A DNA stretch of 63,067 bases, counting the filler. It is 5 parts of 5 records of this genome, joined end to end, with 100 filler letters (N's around TTAATTAATTAA, not from the genome) between each part and the next. Parts side by side here need not be neighbours in the genome. Positions count along the whole stretch, not along the records: positions 1 to 27,208 come from SRR31156797_11958; 4 more parts are not named here. One strand, 5' to 3'. The notes under the pieces are model-generated. The model had not been told where the DNA came from and did not search any database. It saw nothing but the letters and a program-made list of their open reading frames with translations. This document shows, in pieces, positions 10,483 through 22,537 of the stretch. A program made the translations under genes and the position numbers. How positions within the stretch are numbered: position 1 is the stretch's first letter; each line of letters starts with the position of its first letter.

Positions 10483-11462
10483 AGTTTTTGGTGAATTGTA
10501 TATTTTGGTACTAGTTTATCAGGTCGATAAGACATCTTTACTTTTTTAAGGTTTTCAAATCCCATATCATCACCCACATTGATATATGCACTTCCATACA
10601 ACTCTTTGAGATATTTTGTAAACTCTCTAAAGATAAACTGAGCACACCCTAAGACCTCAAAATCTGTCTTTTCAATGATTACACTAGAAGTCGATTCATT
10701 GATCATCTCCCCTACAGTAAACCCTTTGATCTCCTCATCAATATATAATACCATCCCTACAACATCAAGTTTTGTATAGTCATTAAGAAGTCTCTTGATC
10801 GCAAATCTCTCAAAATAGATCCCATCAAGAAAACTCTCCACTTCCTCTTTTGGCATATAAAGTGTTCTATCTTTTACCCATTTATTAAAAAGCTGTAAAA
10901 TTCCCTCTTTATGTTTTTCTATATCAAGGATTTCAACGCTATGATTTTCATATACTTTTTTAAACTTATTGATCTCATTTCTTTTTGATTTATATGGATC
11001 CCCTTTAAGCTCAATCAGATCATCTACTTTATAGATATAATCCACAAGCTTTTTCTCAATCACATAATCTTTTAACATATCATAGATCAAAGTCCCCTCT
11101 TCTAAATAGTTTACAAACCCTTCAAGAATATTTTCATGGACATACTCTATTTTTGAATAGTGCCTTGAACTATTATGAGTATTCATAATCTCAAAACATC
11201 TTTGCATCGCATCATAGGTTTTCTCTTTTGTACCAAGTGGAGGCAAAAGCATAGAAAGCTCTCCTGAAGTAAGGATAAAAAAACAAAAGGTATCATTGAT
11301 AATAGAGTAAAATCCACTCGCAGTTGATAACCATATATAATTACATGCAAAAGTATAATCACTGATATCAAGATTGATAAGATCTAGGTATTTATCCATC
11401 TCCTCTTTTGCGCTTAGATCAAAGTGTTTTAACGTATATTTTCCGATTGTAAGTGTAGACAT
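10479..11462 (-). CDS. DUF2156 / phosphatidylglycerol lysyltransferase C-terminal-like protein (aminoacyl-tRNA-dependent GNAT fold)
   Basis: DYIY..DLIELKG..Y.SKRN, IIEKTD, YINVGDDMGFENLKKVKMSYRP. Confidence 0.85.
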   Translation of the reverse strand: MSTLTIGKYTLKHFDLSAKEEMDKYLDLINLDISDYTFACNYIWLSTASGFYSIINDTFCFFILTSGELSMLLPPLGTKEKTYDAMQRCFEIMNTHNSSRHYSKIEYVHENILEGFVNYLEEGTLIYDMLKDYVIEKKLVDYIYKVDDLIELKGDPYKSKRNEINKFKKVYENHSVEILDIEKHKEGILQLFNKWVKDRTLYMPKEEVESFLDGIYFERFAIKRLLNDYTKLDVVGMVLYIDEEIKGFTVGEMINESTSSVIIEKTDFEVLGCAQFIFREFTKYLKELYGSAYINVGDDMGFENLKKVKMSYRPDKLVPKYTIHQKL

Positions 11463-11615
11463 TTTCGCCCCTTAAAAAAATTGGCGAATTATATATCAAA
11501 ATTTCAAATTTGCATCAAAATTTTGTAAGTTTTTTATTAACTAATTTAAATAGTTTTACTCTTTTTAAGGTTATTTAAAAAAGTACTAAATTATAGAATA
11601 ATTTAAAATACTAGT

Positions 11616-11636
11616 GAAAACTCAAAAAGAGTTTTC
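11616..11636. terminator. Hairpin/terminator downstream of mgtE
   Basis: GAAAACTC-AAAAA-GAGTTTTC inverted repeat. Confidence 0.45.
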
Positions 11637-11642
11637 TTTGTA

Positions 11643-13010
11643 TTATAGAAGTATTATCGTAGCCAATCCTAAAAAGCTAAAAAAGCCAACTACATCAGTT
11701 ACCGTAGTCAATAATACTGTACTTCCAATAGCAGGATCAATCCCCACCTTTTGAAGTCCAAGAGGGATCACTGCACCAAAAAAACCAGCTCCAAGGAGAT
11801 TGACTATCATAGACATAGCGATCACCACTCCAAGTAATGGCATCTTAAACCAAAGATAAGCAATGACTCCTATCACAACTGCAAAAATCAAACCATTGGC
11901 TAAAGAGATCACTACCTCTTTATAGATAGTCTTTTTTGCATCTTCAAGTTCTATATCCCCTAGAGCCATTTGACGAACTGTTACTGTTAGGGTTTGAGTT
12001 CCTGCATTTCCACCCATTGAAGCAACTATTGGCATAAGAACAGCAAGGGCTACTAAAGACTGAATCGTAGCATCAAAAAGACCAATTACAATAGAAGCTG
12101 CAATAGCAGTAATAAGATTGATCCCAAGCCAAAACGCCCTACTCTTTCCTATCTCATAGATACTCTCTTCTTGCTCTGCACTATCATTAACCCCTGCCAT
12201 GTTATAGATCTGCTCAGTTGCGCTCTCTTCTATGATATCATAGATATCATCTGAAGTGATACGCCCTAGCAATTTTTCATGATCATCTACAACAGGTAAG
12301 CTTGTAAGGTTATAATTTGTCACCATATCCACAGCATCTTTGATATCACTTTTATGACCAATATGATAGTTTTTTAGTTTCTCTTCTGAGATATCTTGAA
12401 ATCTAGAATTATGATCAAAGATAATAAGCTCTTCAAGCCCAATAGATCCTATATATTTTCCATGGGTATCGACCATATGACAATGCCAGATATTATCCAC
12501 TTCACCAGATTCTTTTAAAGCTTTAAGCTCTTTAATCGCTTCACCGATCTTTTGATCAATTCTAGCACTAAAAAGCTCTGTTTGCATAAATGAGCCTGCT
12601 TCATCTTCAGCGTATGAGATAAGCTGTTCAATCGCTTGTTTATCTTCCTCTTCTAAGCTCTCTAAAATTGTTTGAGCGACCTCTTCATTCTCTTCACTTA
12701 GGTTTTGGATAAAAGTTGCTGCATCATCTGTATCCATATTATTGGTTACATTGATAAGTTTTTTGGTACTTACATATTCACTAGCTTCTTCTTGTACATA
12801 TACTGGCATCTCTGCTAAGATTTCAGCTAGAAGAGTACTTGGTATCTTTTTAACTGTAGAGACATACAGATCATACTCTAAACCTCTAAGTTTTAAAAGC
12901 TGCTCTGCTATATCATAAGGGTGAACTGTATAACTATCCTCTTTAAATTCCGTTATCTCTTCTAAGATCTGCTTAGTAAGTAGATCTATTTGTATTTGTT
13001 TATCTTCCAT
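11643..13010 (-). CDS. mgtE: Magnesium transporter MgtE
   Basis: MgtE_N and CBS domains; MGGNAGTQ; IDPA; TTVTDVVGFF. Confidence 0.96.
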   Translation of the reverse strand: MEDKQIQIDLLTKQILEEITEFKEDSYTVHPYDIAEQLLKLRGLEYDLYVSTVKKIPSTLLAEILAEMPVYVQEEASEYVSTKKLINVTNNMDTDDAATFIQNLSEENEEVAQTILESLEEEDKQAIEQLISYAEDEAGSFMQTELFSARIDQKIGEAIKELKALKESGEVDNIWHCHMVDTHGKYIGSIGLEELIIFDHNSRFQDISEEKLKNYHIGHKSDIKDAVDMVTNYNLTSLPVVDDHEKLLGRITSDDIYDIIEESATEQIYNMAGVNDSAEQEESIYEIGKSRAFWLGINLITAIAASIVIGLFDATIQSLVALAVLMPIVASMGGNAGTQTLTVTVRQMALGDIELEDAKKTIYKEVVISLANGLIFAVVIGVIAYLWFKMPLLGVVIAMSMIVNLLGAGFFGAVIPLGLQKVGIDPAIGSTVLLTTVTDVVGFFSFLGLATIILL

Positions 13011-13792
13011 TATCTATGTTTCCTCATAAAATATGTTAGTGCAGTTGCAAGTAGCGCTGAAATAACTAAGATGGATATCACATTAAATGTTCCTCCAACT
13101 CCTTCAGTAAAAGGTAATGAAGTGGTATTCATCCCAAAAAAACCAACAATAAGATTCAGTGGTAAAAAGATTCCTGAAAGAAGAGTAAGGATATACACGA
13201 TTCTATTCATCTGCTCATTGGTTTGAGTAAGGTTAAAGTTATATAAAGCATCAAGTTTTTCCAGTAAAAATCCACTATTTCTATAAGCTCTTTGCATATG
13301 CTCTTGTAAATCTTCAAAGTTACGTTCTAGATAATCATCTTCATGTTTATAAAGTGACATCAAACTTCTCATCACTTCAACTGCTTTAAATAAAACCCGA
13401 TTGATACGTACAATGGTATTTTTATATTCAAACCATTGTTGGTTAAAGTTTTTAATAGATTTTCCATTATAAAAAACATCTTCAATCGATTCAAAAGTAT
13501 CAAGGTAATCTGTAGTTATTTTTACAATCCCATCAATATTTTTATCTAGATACTTATAAAACCCATGGATATCTTCAAGATCAATAAACTTATCTTGTTG
13601 TGCATCATAAAAATAATATTTCTCTTCAGTAATCACAAAAGCATTACTGACAAAAGTGATATTTTTTTCATTATCATATTGAGGGATACGTAAAATAAAT
13701 AGATCATAGTTTTCATGCCTGAATACCACTGAGGGGTGTTGTTTATTTTTTATATCTTCAAGGTGAAACTTATCTATCTTTTCACGTATCAT
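13010..13792 (-). CDS. CorA family divalent cation transporter
   Basis: GFFGMN signature and two C-terminal TM helices. Confidence 0.92.
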   Translation of the reverse strand: MIREKIDKFHLEDIKNKQHPSVVFRHENYDLFILRIPQYDNEKNITFVSNAFVITEEKYYFYDAQQDKFIDLEDIHGFYKYLDKNIDGIVKITTDYLDTFESIEDVFYNGKSIKNFNQQWFEYKNTIVRINRVLFKAVEVMRSLMSLYKHEDDYLERNFEDLQEHMQRAYRNSGFLLEKLDALYNFNLTQTNEQMNRIVYILTLLSGIFLPLNLIVGFFGMNTTSLPFTEGVGGTFNVISILVISALLATALTYFMRKHR

Positions 13793-13804
13793 TTTTAACC
13801 CTTT

Positions 13805-14206
13805 TTATTTTTCTAATTGTTTATATAAAGTTGCTAGATCACCTAAAACCCACACCTCTTTTATTTTGCCATTTTCTATTTTAAAAAATGAAGCCCCATG
13901 ATATTGAATTCTTTTATTTGTAGGCTCAAACCCTAAAAGTTTTCCAGTGTGTGTTCCATTATATACTACTCGAACTGCCACTTGATCCGCTTCTACTAAA
14001 ACTGATTCAATACTATGGTAGAGATTTGTAATAGCATTTTTTGTCATATCAAAATACTCTTCAAACTCTTTTTTTCCTTTAGTTTCAGTTCCTAATGAAC
14101 CTCTAAAAACCATATCATCACTAAAAACCTTATCAATATATCCCTTATCTTTTTTATTCCAAAGATTTTCATAATATGATAATACAAGCTCTTTATTTGC
14201 TTTCAT
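13805..14206 (-). CDS. SnoaL-like ester cyclase family protein
   Basis: GTHTG...PTNK...GKIKEVWVLGD. Confidence 0.85.
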   Translation of the reverse strand: MKANKELVLSYYENLWNKKDKGYIDKVFSDDMVFRGSLGTETKGKKEFEEYFDMTKNAITNLYHSIESVLVEADQVAVRVVYNGTHTGKLLGFEPTNKRIQYHGASFFKIENGKIKEVWVLGDLATLYKQLEK

Positions 14207-14301
14207 AATTGCAACAATTTCCTTTCAGTAAATTTTTTCGAATTATACATTATTTTTTTATATTTTTGTGTATAATTGCAAAAAATTTAATGGAAATTAT
14301 T

Positions 14302-15228
14302 ATGATAGATTACCAAGCGATATTAGAAGAGATTAAACAAGAGATCCAGCCCCATTTACAAAAAGGGAAAGTAGCAAACTATATCCCCGCTTTAGCAAAA
14401 GCCAATCCTGATCAATTTGCTATGAGTTTAACCCTTTTTGATGGAAGAAGTTTCCATGTGGGATGTAGTGAAAATAAGTTTTCGATCCAAAGCATCTCTA
14501 AAGTATTTACTTTTACAAAAGCTCTTGATATTTATAGTACTGAGCTTTATAAAAAGGTAGGGAAAGAGCCTTCAGGTGATCCATTTAATTCACTTATTCA
14601 ACTTGAACATGAAAATGGAATTCCTAGAAACCCATTTATAAATGCAGGGGCAATAGTTGTAACTGATTCATTATTAACAAAATATAAAACTATGGATCAT
14701 ACCTTTGAAAATATTCTAGGATTTGTTCGAGATATCAGTGATGATCAGAGTATTGATTTTGATAAAGAGGTGTGGTTTTCTGAGTATCGTCATGGGCATA
14801 GAAATGCAGCATTGGCAAATCTAATGAAAAGTTTTAACAACCTTGATAACAGCGTAGATGATGTACTAAAAACTTACTTTAAACACTGCTCTATTACTAT
14901 GAGTACAAAAGAGCTCTCTCGTGCAACTTTGTTTTTAGCAAACCATGGGGTGGATCCAATCAATGGACAACAATATATCACTCCACAACAAGCAAAAAGG
15001 ATCAATGCGGTGATGCTCACCTGCGGACACTATGACGCAAGTGGTGAGTTTGCCTTTCATGTGGGACTTCCAGGTAAAAGTGGAGTTGGTGGAGGGATTA
15101 TCGCTGTAGTTCCAAAACTTATGAGTTTAGCTGTATTTTCACCCCGACTTAATAGTTGGGGAAATTCTTTAGTTGGAACAAAAGCACTGGAGCTATTTAC
15201 TACAAAAAGTGGGTTTTCTATTTTTTAA
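14302..15228 (+). CDS. glsA: Glutaminase
   Basis: GKVANYIPAL, SIQSISK (SxxK), PRNPFINAGA, KSGVGGG; start moved to ATG 14302. Confidence 0.96.
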   Translation: MIDYQAILEEIKQEIQPHLQKGKVANYIPALAKANPDQFAMSLTLFDGRSFHVGCSENKFSIQSISKVFTFTKALDIYSTELYKKVGKEPSGDPFNSLIQLEHENGIPRNPFINAGAIVVTDSLLTKYKTMDHTFENILGFVRDISDDQSIDFDKEVWFSEYRHGHRNAALANLMKSFNNLDNSVDDVLKTYFKHCSITMSTKELSRATLFLANHGVDPINGQQYITPQQAKRINAVMLTCGHYDASGEFAFHVGLPGKSGVGGGIIAVVPKLMSLAVFSPRLNSWGNSLVGTKALELFTTKSGFSIF

Positions 15229-15236
15229 AACCCATT

Positions 15237-15968
15237 TTATTGATACTTTTGAAGAATCTTTTCTAATTGTCCACTGTTTTTCAGCTCTTTTAACTCTTTA
15301 TTAAAACCATTTATAAAGTGTTTCATATCATCATTTTTATAACAATAGATTCTATATCCACCTGTTGAGATATCAAAATCACTCAATCCAATATTCTCTT
15401 TTAAAGTACTATTTGATCGTAAATACCATTGTGCCACTAGTTTATTTATAACGATCCCCTCAACTTGTTGGCGTAAAAGTAGAAAAAGCAAGCTTTCTTG
15501 AGATATGGCAGAGGTTTTTTTTATCTTATTAGTATTGAAATACTTTTGGAGTGTTGGATATCCAAACCCATATACTGTACCGATATTTTTAGAAAATAGA
15601 TCTTTGATGGAGCTTATATTCAATGGAGTTTGTTTATTATAAGCTATCACACCACTATGATTCACCACTGAATCGGAAAAATAATACTGTGAAGGATCTT
15701 TTAACCACTCTTTTGCTTTAGAACTACAATGAACTATCCCTTTATCAAGTAGAGTTCTCATCCTTACCTCAGGGTACATCCCAATATTTACTTTGTAAGA
15801 AATTTTATTTGCTATTGTTTTTAAAACTTCAATCATTATTCCATTATGTTGATCAATATTATATGGTGGGTTACCCTTTTCTGTAGTCACATATTTTAGT
15901 ATCTTCTCTTGGGCACATAGAGTGGTGCTATTTAGAAAAATAATAAAAATAATAATAACTCTATGCAT
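15237..15968 (-). CDS. Family 3 periplasmic substrate-binding protein
   Basis: Signal peptide, NPPY, GI..EV, C-terminal LKNSGQLEKILQKY. Confidence 0.8.
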   Translation of the reverse strand: MHRVIIIFIIFLNSTTLCAQEKILKYVTTEKGNPPYNIDQHNGIMIEVLKTIANKISYKVNIGMYPEVRMRTLLDKGIVHCSSKAKEWLKDPSQYYFSDSVVNHSGVIAYNKQTPLNISSIKDLFSKNIGTVYGFGYPTLQKYFNTNKIKKTSAISQESLLFLLLRQQVEGIVINKLVAQWYLRSNSTLKENIGLSDFDISTGGYRIYCYKNDDMKHFINGFNKELKELKNSGQLEKILQKYQ

Positions 15969-16105
15969 TCTTTTTTCCTATCCTTATATATGATTCCAAT
16001 AAAATAATAGATCAAAAGAATTTTATAATAATATCTATAAAAAAAGTAGTAGAAATAGCTTTCTTTTTGTAATCAAATAGTAATAGAATAAAGCTAAACT
16101 AGTTT

Positions 16106-19100
16106 ATGAAACTTTTAAAATTTAGCATACTTTTTTTATTGTTTTTTTTCACTTTCTCCTTTGCTTCAGATGGATTAAAAAATGTTACTCTACAACTCCA
16201 ATGGAAACACCAATTTGAATTTGCAGGATTTTATGCAGCAAAAGAACAAGGGTTTTATCAAGAGCATGGGATCGATGTAGAGTTTAAAGAGTTTGATCCT
16301 AAAACTGATCTGATAAATGAAGTTCTCTTAAGAAAAAGTGAGTTTGGAATATGGGCATCTAATATTATAAAAAAAAGATTAGAAGGTGCCCCTGTTGTCC
16401 TACTTGCGAACTATTTTAAAAGATCTCCATTAGTTATCGTTACAAAACCAGATATTACCTTACCCAATCAATTAGTGGGAAAATCTCTTATGATAACTCC
16501 ACAAGATATTGGTAGTGCAAATTTTCAATATATGTTTAAACAGTTTGATGTGGAGATCAAAGATCTTACAATTGTTCCCCATAGCTTTGATATACAAGAT
16601 TTCATTGATGAAAAAGTGAGTGCTGCTTCTATATTTTTAACAAATGAAACCTATTATCTTGATCAACAAAACATCTCATACAATATACTTGATCCAAACA
16701 ATTATGGGATCCAACTCACAGATATCAATCTTTTTACTTCAGAAGAGTTTTTAAAGAATAATAAAAAACTCGTTGAAAACTTTATTACTGCAAGTAATAA
16801 AGGGTGGGAATATGCTTTAAAACATAAAGAGGAGATCGTCAATCTTATATTAGATAAATACAACACTCAAAATAGATCAAAAGAGGCTCTTTTATATGAA
16901 GCAAAAGAGATTGAGAGAATAATGCTTCCAAATGTTTATACCTTAGGAAGCATTGATCAAAATCAAATACTTTCAATCGCAAATAATTTTATACAGCTTG
17001 GATTGGATGGAGATATGAAAAACCTTGATGGGTTTATCCACTCTTTTGAGCTTGAAAATATACAAAAAAGCTCTTCTGTTGATAAGGAGTTTGATATTGT
17101 TTCTAAAGCATTAAGTTCAATCTTATCAAGAGCCATATGGAATGTGGATATCCCATTTATTGAAAAAGTACTTAATGATCATATCCAAAATGATAAAATA
17201 CAAGCAATATTTGTAGAAGATACTACACTAGAGCAATCTTTTAGTATTTTTAAAGATAATGAAGTTATCACTTTAAAAAGAAACTCTAAGCTACCACAAG
17301 ATTTTAATAAAAGCAATTATCTTATTACAACAAAACCACTTGAATATAATAAGAATATATTAGGAACGATACAAATATATACAGAGTATACAGATGATCT
17401 TCACTTATCAAAAGAGGAAAAAGAGTTTATCAATAATCACCCTACTATTAAAGTGAGTAGTGAATTTGACTGGAAACCTTATGATTTTGTTGAAAATGGA
17501 ATCTCCACTGGATATTCATCAGATTATATACGCCTCTTAGCAAAAAAAGCTGGCTTAGAGATAGAGTTTGTTCAAGATAAGTGGAGCAATCTTGTTGATG
17601 GCTTAAAAAATAAAACCTTAGATGTGATACAAGTTTTTTCCAAAACAAGCCAAAGGGAAGAGTTTGCTCTTTATACCCAAAAACCTTATACTTCACAAAC
17701 CTATGGGATAATCTCACGCTTTGAGAGTTTTTATTCAAAACCTGAACAACTTATCGGAAAAAAAGTTGCTATGGGGAAAGGGTGGTATTCAACAAAGGTG
17801 ATACAAGAGCTTTACCCTAAGATCGATATTGTAGAGTTTGAAACAACCTCTGAAATCATGGATGCTGTTTTCAATAAAAATGTAGATGCTGCCATAGATG
17901 GATTTGGGGCTGCTTTATATTATATTACTGATAATGGGATGACTGAGCTCACTGTCAATGGAAATATTAATCTAAGTGAAAAAATGGATACTGCTATGTA
18001 TTTTGGGGTACGAAATGACTGGCCACAGCTTCAATCAATTCTTGATAAAGCACAAGCCTCTTTAAGTATCGCAGAGAAAAACCAACTCTATACAAAATGG
18101 TTTGGTACTAAAAAAAACACAAAGCAAAAAGTCACACTCACTCAAAATGAGATGAAGTATCTTTCATCTCAAAAACACTTTACCATATGTGCCCATCCAC
18201 AAAATATGCCCTATGAATCAATCGATGAAAATGGGAATCATACAGGGTTTGCCCATGATATTTTAAAAGAGTTAGGGAAAAATATCGGTATCACTTTTGA
18301 GCTTTATAAAACCTCTTCTTGGAAAGACTCTTTAGAAGCGATTCAAAAGGGACACTGTGATATGTTAACTTTTTTAAATCCAGCAAAAAAAAGAGAAGAG
18401 TTTTTAAGTTTCACACCCCCTTATTTTAAGACTTCAACTGTAGTTGTTACAAGAGCAGAAGAGCTCTTTGTAGACTCGTTAAAAGATCTAAGAGGGAAAA
18501 AACTAGCTGTGATTAGTGCTTCAATTTATGGAGAATTGATCAAAAAAAGATATCCATATATCCATGTCGTTCCTGTAAGTAGTGTAGAAGAGGGATTTCA
18601 AAAAGTCAAACATAAAGAGGTATTTGGATATGTACACTCTTTAGGTGTTATTAGCCATAAGATTCAAAAAGAAAGAATAGTAGATCTTAAAATTGCAACA
18701 AAACTTAATCTTGATCTTGATATATCAATTGGTATCAATAAAGATATGCCTGAACTTTTTTCTATCATCTCTAAAGGGATCAAATCTCTTTCCAATGAGG
18801 AGATAGAAAAAATCTATAACCAATGGATCTCTATAAACTTTGAACAAAGTATCGATTATATACTGATATATAAGATAGTAGCAATTTGTTTTGCAGTATT
18901 TTTATTTATCCTTTATTGGAACAGAAAGATGGCAAAAGAGATCGAAAGAAGGATTGTTTTAGAAAAAGAGTTGCAAAAAGCAAAATTTATCGCCCTTGAA
19001 GCAAGTAAAGCAAAATCTGAATTTCTAGCTAATATGTCCCATGAGATACGAACCCCTATGAATGCGATCATTGGGATGACTACACTTGCTCAAAAAAAAG

Positions 19101-21184
19101 AAACTGCAAAAGAGATAAAAACCTATCTAAATAAAATCCTCCTTTCATCCAATCTTCTTTTAGATATCATCAATGAGATCTTAGACTTTTCAAAAATTGA
19201 AGCTGGAAAGATCAAACTTGAAAAGATACCTTTTAGTCTGCAAATAGTTGTCAATGAGCTTCAACTTCTTTTTGAAAACCTCTGTAAAGAAAAAGCGCTT
19301 CAACTAATCATCAATTATGACCCAAATATTCCAACTCTTTTATTAGGAGATCCTACAAGAGTCAAACAGATTCTTACAAACCTTCTTTCAAATGCTTTAA
19401 AGTTTACAAAACATGGATCTATAACAATTGATATAAAACTCAATAGCAAAACTGATACAAATGATACTTACTCTATTTATTTAGGGATAACAGATACAGG
19501 AAAAGGGATATCAAAAGAGAAATTAGAAACTCTTTTTGATCCCTTTACCCAAGAGGATGAATCTACAAGCAGAAAGCATGGTGGGACAGGTCTTGGTCTT
19601 TCAATTTCTAAAAGATTTGTAGAGTTGATGAATGGAAAGATTGAAGTAACAAGTGAAGTGGATAAAGGGAGCACGTTTTTTGCTATCATCCCATTTAAAG
19701 AGATAAAAGAATCAAATGAATTACCAAATATCAATAATAGTTTAACTACTATTGGGAAAGCTAGAATCTTAACACTTGATGATAATAAAAATGACTCTAT
19801 GATCTTAAAAGAGATGCTGGAAAAATATCTTTTTAGTGTTGATCATACTAATATAGAAACAGAAGCTTTAGAACTTTTAAAGAAAAAAACCTATGATCTA
19901 TTGATCCTTGATTGGAAACTACCTCATATCTCAGGAGTTGATCTATACAAACAGATCTTAGAGGATGAAACCATTGAAAAAAAACCAAAAGTGGTTATTG
20001 TAAGTGCTTATGATAAATATGATATTCTCCAAAGTGCAAAAGGGATAGAGATCCCATATATTTTAGAAAAACCTTATACCTCTTCAAAACTTTTAAGTAC
20101 CATTATTGATCTGCTTGGTCAAAACAATACTATACAAAAAAATCCTCACAATATTGAATTTGATTACGATATAGTAGATTTCAATGGAAAAACTATACTA
20201 CTTACAGAGGATAATGAACTCAATCAAGAAGTAGCAAAAGAGATCTTAGAGGAGTGTGGTCTCCAAGTGATCATTGCTAATAATGGAGAGGAGGCCTATA
20301 CTCTTTTTTTACAACAACATCAGCAAATCGATCTTATTTTGATGGATCTTCAAATGCCTGTAATGGATGGCTATGAAGCCGCTAAAAAAATAAGGCAAGA
20401 GCTATTTGGAAAAGATATACCAATCATTGCACTTACAGCTGATGCGATAACTGGCACAAAAAATAGAGTACTTGCGAGCGGAATGAATGACTATGCCACA
20501 AAACCTATCAATCCAAATCTTTTCATCCAAACATTAACACAATACCTCCCATTTAGTACAAAAGAGATAAAAACAGAAGCAAAAGAAGAGGTGGATATTG
20601 ATATCTATGGAATTGATGTGCAAAAAGAGATACAAAGAATAGCTGGAAACCAAAAAGCGTATTTCAATATCTTAAAAAAGTTTAGTAGTAACTATAAAGA
20701 CTTTATGCAAGAGTGTATCATATTAAATAAAGAGGAGAAGTTCAAATTACTTGCATCAAAACTCCATCAGTTAAAAGGGGTAGTAGGAAATATTGGGGCG
20801 ATGGACCTCTACACAATAATAAAAGATACCGAACCACTAGCAAAATCAGAACAAGCTTGCGATGAGTATCTTTTAACAATAGAAGATGAAATGATCAAAA
20901 TAATCGACTCCATTGAAAAAGCTTTACCAGAGGATTCAACTAAGACACAAAAAATAGCTTTTAATAAAGATCGCTCTTTAGAGATTTTAAAGAGAATGAT
21001 ACTTATGCTTGACAATGGAGATTCTGATGTACAAGAACTAATTGAAGAGTTACAATCTCAACAGCTTCCAGAGTCTTTGAAAAAACTTGTAGATGATATT
21101 TTTACCCATATTGATGAATTTGAATATGGACTTGCTAAAGATCTGACATTAGAATTAGAAAAGATACTTACAAATGATCATTGA
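16106..21184 (+). CDS. Hybrid sensor histidine kinase (NMT1/THI5 SBP + 2 family-3 SBP + HisKA/HATPase + 2 REC + HPt)
   Basis: [41 protein letters not shown] and ILMDLQMP receivers; HQLKG HPt. Confidence 0.93.
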   Translation: MKLLKFSILFLLFFFTFSFASDGLKNVTLQLQWKHQFEFAGFYAAKEQGFYQEHGIDVEFKEFDPKTDLINEVLLRKSEFGIWASNIIKKRLEGAPVVLLANYFKRSPLVIVTKPDITLPNQLVGKSLMITPQDIGSANFQYMFKQFDVEIKDLTIVPHSFDIQDFIDEKVSAASIFLTNETYYLDQQNISYNILDPNNYGIQLTDINLFTSEEFLKNNKKLVENFITASNKGWEYALKHKEEIVNLILDKYNTQNRSKEALLYEAKEIERIMLPNVYTLGSIDQNQILSIANNFIQLGLDGDMKNLDGFIHSFELENIQKSSSVDKEFDIVSKALSSILSRAIWNVDIPFIEKVLNDHIQNDKIQAIFVEDTTLEQSFSIFKDNEVITLKRNSKLPQDFNKSNYLITTKPLEYNKNILGTIQIYTEYTDDLHLSKEEKEFINNHPTIKVSSEFDWKPYDFVENGISTGYSSDYIRLLAKKAGLEIEFVQDKWSNLVDGLKNKTLDVIQVFSKTSQREEFALYTQKPYTSQTYGIISRFESFYSKPEQLIGKKVAMGKGWYSTKVIQELYPKIDIVEFETTSEIMDAVFNKNVDAAIDGFGAALYYITDNGMTELTVNGNINLSEKMDTAMYFGVRNDWPQLQSILDKAQASLSIAEKNQLYTKWFGTKKNTKQKVTLTQNEMKYLSSQKHFTICAHPQNMPYESIDENGNHTGFAHDILKELGKNIGITFELYKTSSWKDSLEAIQKGHCDMLTFLNPAKKREEFLSFTPPYFKTSTVVVTRAEELFVDSLKDLRGKKLAVISASIYGELIKKRYPYIHVVPVSSVEEGFQKVKHKEVFGYVHSLGVISHKIQKERIVDLKIATKLNLDLDISIGINKDMPELFSIISKGIKSLSNEEIEKIYNQWISINFEQSIDYILIYKIVAICFAVFLFILYWNRKMAKEIERRIVLEKELQKAKFIALEASKAKSEFLANMSHEIRTPMNAIIGMTTLAQKKETAKEIKTYLNKILLSSNLLLDIINEILDFSKIEAGKIKLEKIPFSLQIVVNELQLLFENLCKEKALQLIINYDPNIPTLLLGDPTRVKQILTNLLSNALKFTKHGSITIDIKLNSKTDTNDTYSIYLGITDTGKGISKEKLETLFDPFTQEDESTSRKHGGTGLGLSISKRFVELMNGKIEVTSEVDKGSTFFAIIPFKEIKESNELPNINNSLTTIGKARILTLDDNKNDSMILKEMLEKYLFSVDHTNIETEALELLKKKTYDLLILDWKLPHISGVDLYKQILEDETIEKKPKVVIVSAYDKYDILQSAKGIEIPYILEKPYTSSKLLSTIIDLLGQNNTIQKNPHNIEFDYDIVDFNGKTILLTEDNELNQEVAKEILEECGLQVIIANNGEEAYTLFLQQHQQIDLILMDLQMPVMDGYEAAKKIRQELFGKDIPIIALTADAITGTKNRVLASGMNDYATKPINPNLFIQTLTQYLPFSTKEIKTEAKEEVDIDIYGIDVQKEIQRIAGNQKAYFNILKKFSSNYKDFMQECIILNKEEKFKLLASKLHQLKGVVGNIGAMDLYTIIKDTEPLAKSEQACDEYLLTIEDEMIKIIDSIEKALPEDSTKTQKIAFNKDRSLEILKRMILMLDNGDSDVQELIEELQSQQLPESLKKLVDDIFTHIDEFEYGLAKDLTLELEKILTNDH

Positions 21185-21280
21185 TCTTTATATTGAATTA
21201 GATATAACGAGTATCAAACACCATAAATGGACACTTTTTGACAAAAGCTTAGATATAAAACTCTCCAAAACGTACTTCGT

Positions 21281-22300
21281 TTATAACATATTTTTATCAT
21301 CATTTTCAATCTCTTTAAGTTCTCTATGAAGTTCTTTTACAAGCTCCTCTTCACTTGGTAAATACAATTGATATTTACTAGCTAAAATAGTTTTATTATC
21401 TTCAGGTAATGTGAATTTTACAACAGTATCATTTTTATCCGCACAAAGAAGTACTCCAATAGTTGGATTTTCAAAATCTTGTTTTTCACTTCTATCAAAA
21501 TAGTTCACATACATTTGAAGCTGTCCTATATCTTGATGGGTGAGTTTGTGAGTTTTTATTTCAAATAGTACAAAACATTGGAGCAGTCTATTATAGAATA
21601 CCAAATCTACATAAAAATTATCTCCATCAATATGAAGTCTTTTTTGACGGCTTACAAATGAAAAACCATTGCCAAGTTCTAGTAAAAACTCTTGAAGATT
21701 TGAGATAATTGCACTTTCTAAATCTTTTTCATAATAACTAGCTTTTTTCTCTAATCCTAAAAATTCTAATACCATTGGATCTTTTATAATCTCGTTTGCA
21801 CTAGTTGGTAGCTTTTCATTTTTTGCCACTTCCAAAACTGATTTCTTATCACTACTTAAAAGTAGTCTTTCATAAAGTGAAGAGTTTATTTGCCTCTCTA
21901 GTTCTCTTCCACTCCAATTGTTTTTAGTGCTTTCTGCAATATAAAACTCTCTTTTATTATCTTCAAGTCGTATCAATAATTTATATTGACTCCAACTCAA
22001 TTGCGAATGCAGTGTATTCGTATTTGGAAATATCTTATAAAATTGTCTCATAAGCTCCAATTGTCGTACACTATAACCACTTCCATAAACAGGAGTAAGA
22101 TCTTTTGAAAGATTTTTAATAATGGATTTTCCATATTCAGCTCTCTCTTCTCCAGCTTGTAACTCTTGATAAATTCTTTTACCGATACTGTGGTAAAGAA
22201 CAACCCTTTCAAAATCAACTGCTTTTATAGCTTTTTGTTTTGAAGATGCTATTAGATCTTTTATATCAGCTGTTAATTTTTTGTTTTCTGAACTCATCAT
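21281..22300 (-). CDS. YhcG/DUF1016 PD-(D/E)XK nuclease
   Basis: LSWSQY, WS.RELERQINS.LYER, IKDP.VLEFL, DLVFY, EIK, GQLQMYVNY. Confidence 0.93.
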   Translation of the reverse strand: MMSSENKKLTADIKDLIASSKQKAIKAVDFERVVLYHSIGKRIYQELQAGEERAEYGKSIIKNLSKDLTPVYGSGYSVRQLELMRQFYKIFPNTNTLHSQLSWSQYKLLIRLEDNKREFYIAESTKNNWSGRELERQINSSLYERLLLSSDKKSVLEVAKNEKLPTSANEIIKDPMVLEFLGLEKKASYYEKDLESAIISNLQEFLLELGNGFSFVSRQKRLHIDGDNFYVDLVFYNRLLQCFVLFEIKTHKLTHQDIGQLQMYVNYFDRSEKQDFENPTIGVLLCADKNDTVVKFTLPEDNKTILASKYQLYLPSEEELVKELHRELKEIENDDKNML

Positions 22301-22537
22301 TTAATCCATTCATAAACTTTTTTATTTTTATAATAAGTAAATATTTTATCTAAATTAAGGGAAAAGCCTTATAAAATAATTTTAAGCTAGATTTGAATTC
22401 TCCAAAAAATTTGTAATCAAATATGTTATAAATGAAAAAATCACAAAGTTTTTTATTGAAATAGCTAACACAAAATTAGCCCAGTTTTATTAAAATGGGA
22501 AATTCAGTGTTTCCAAAGCCCTTTCAAACAAGGAAGA

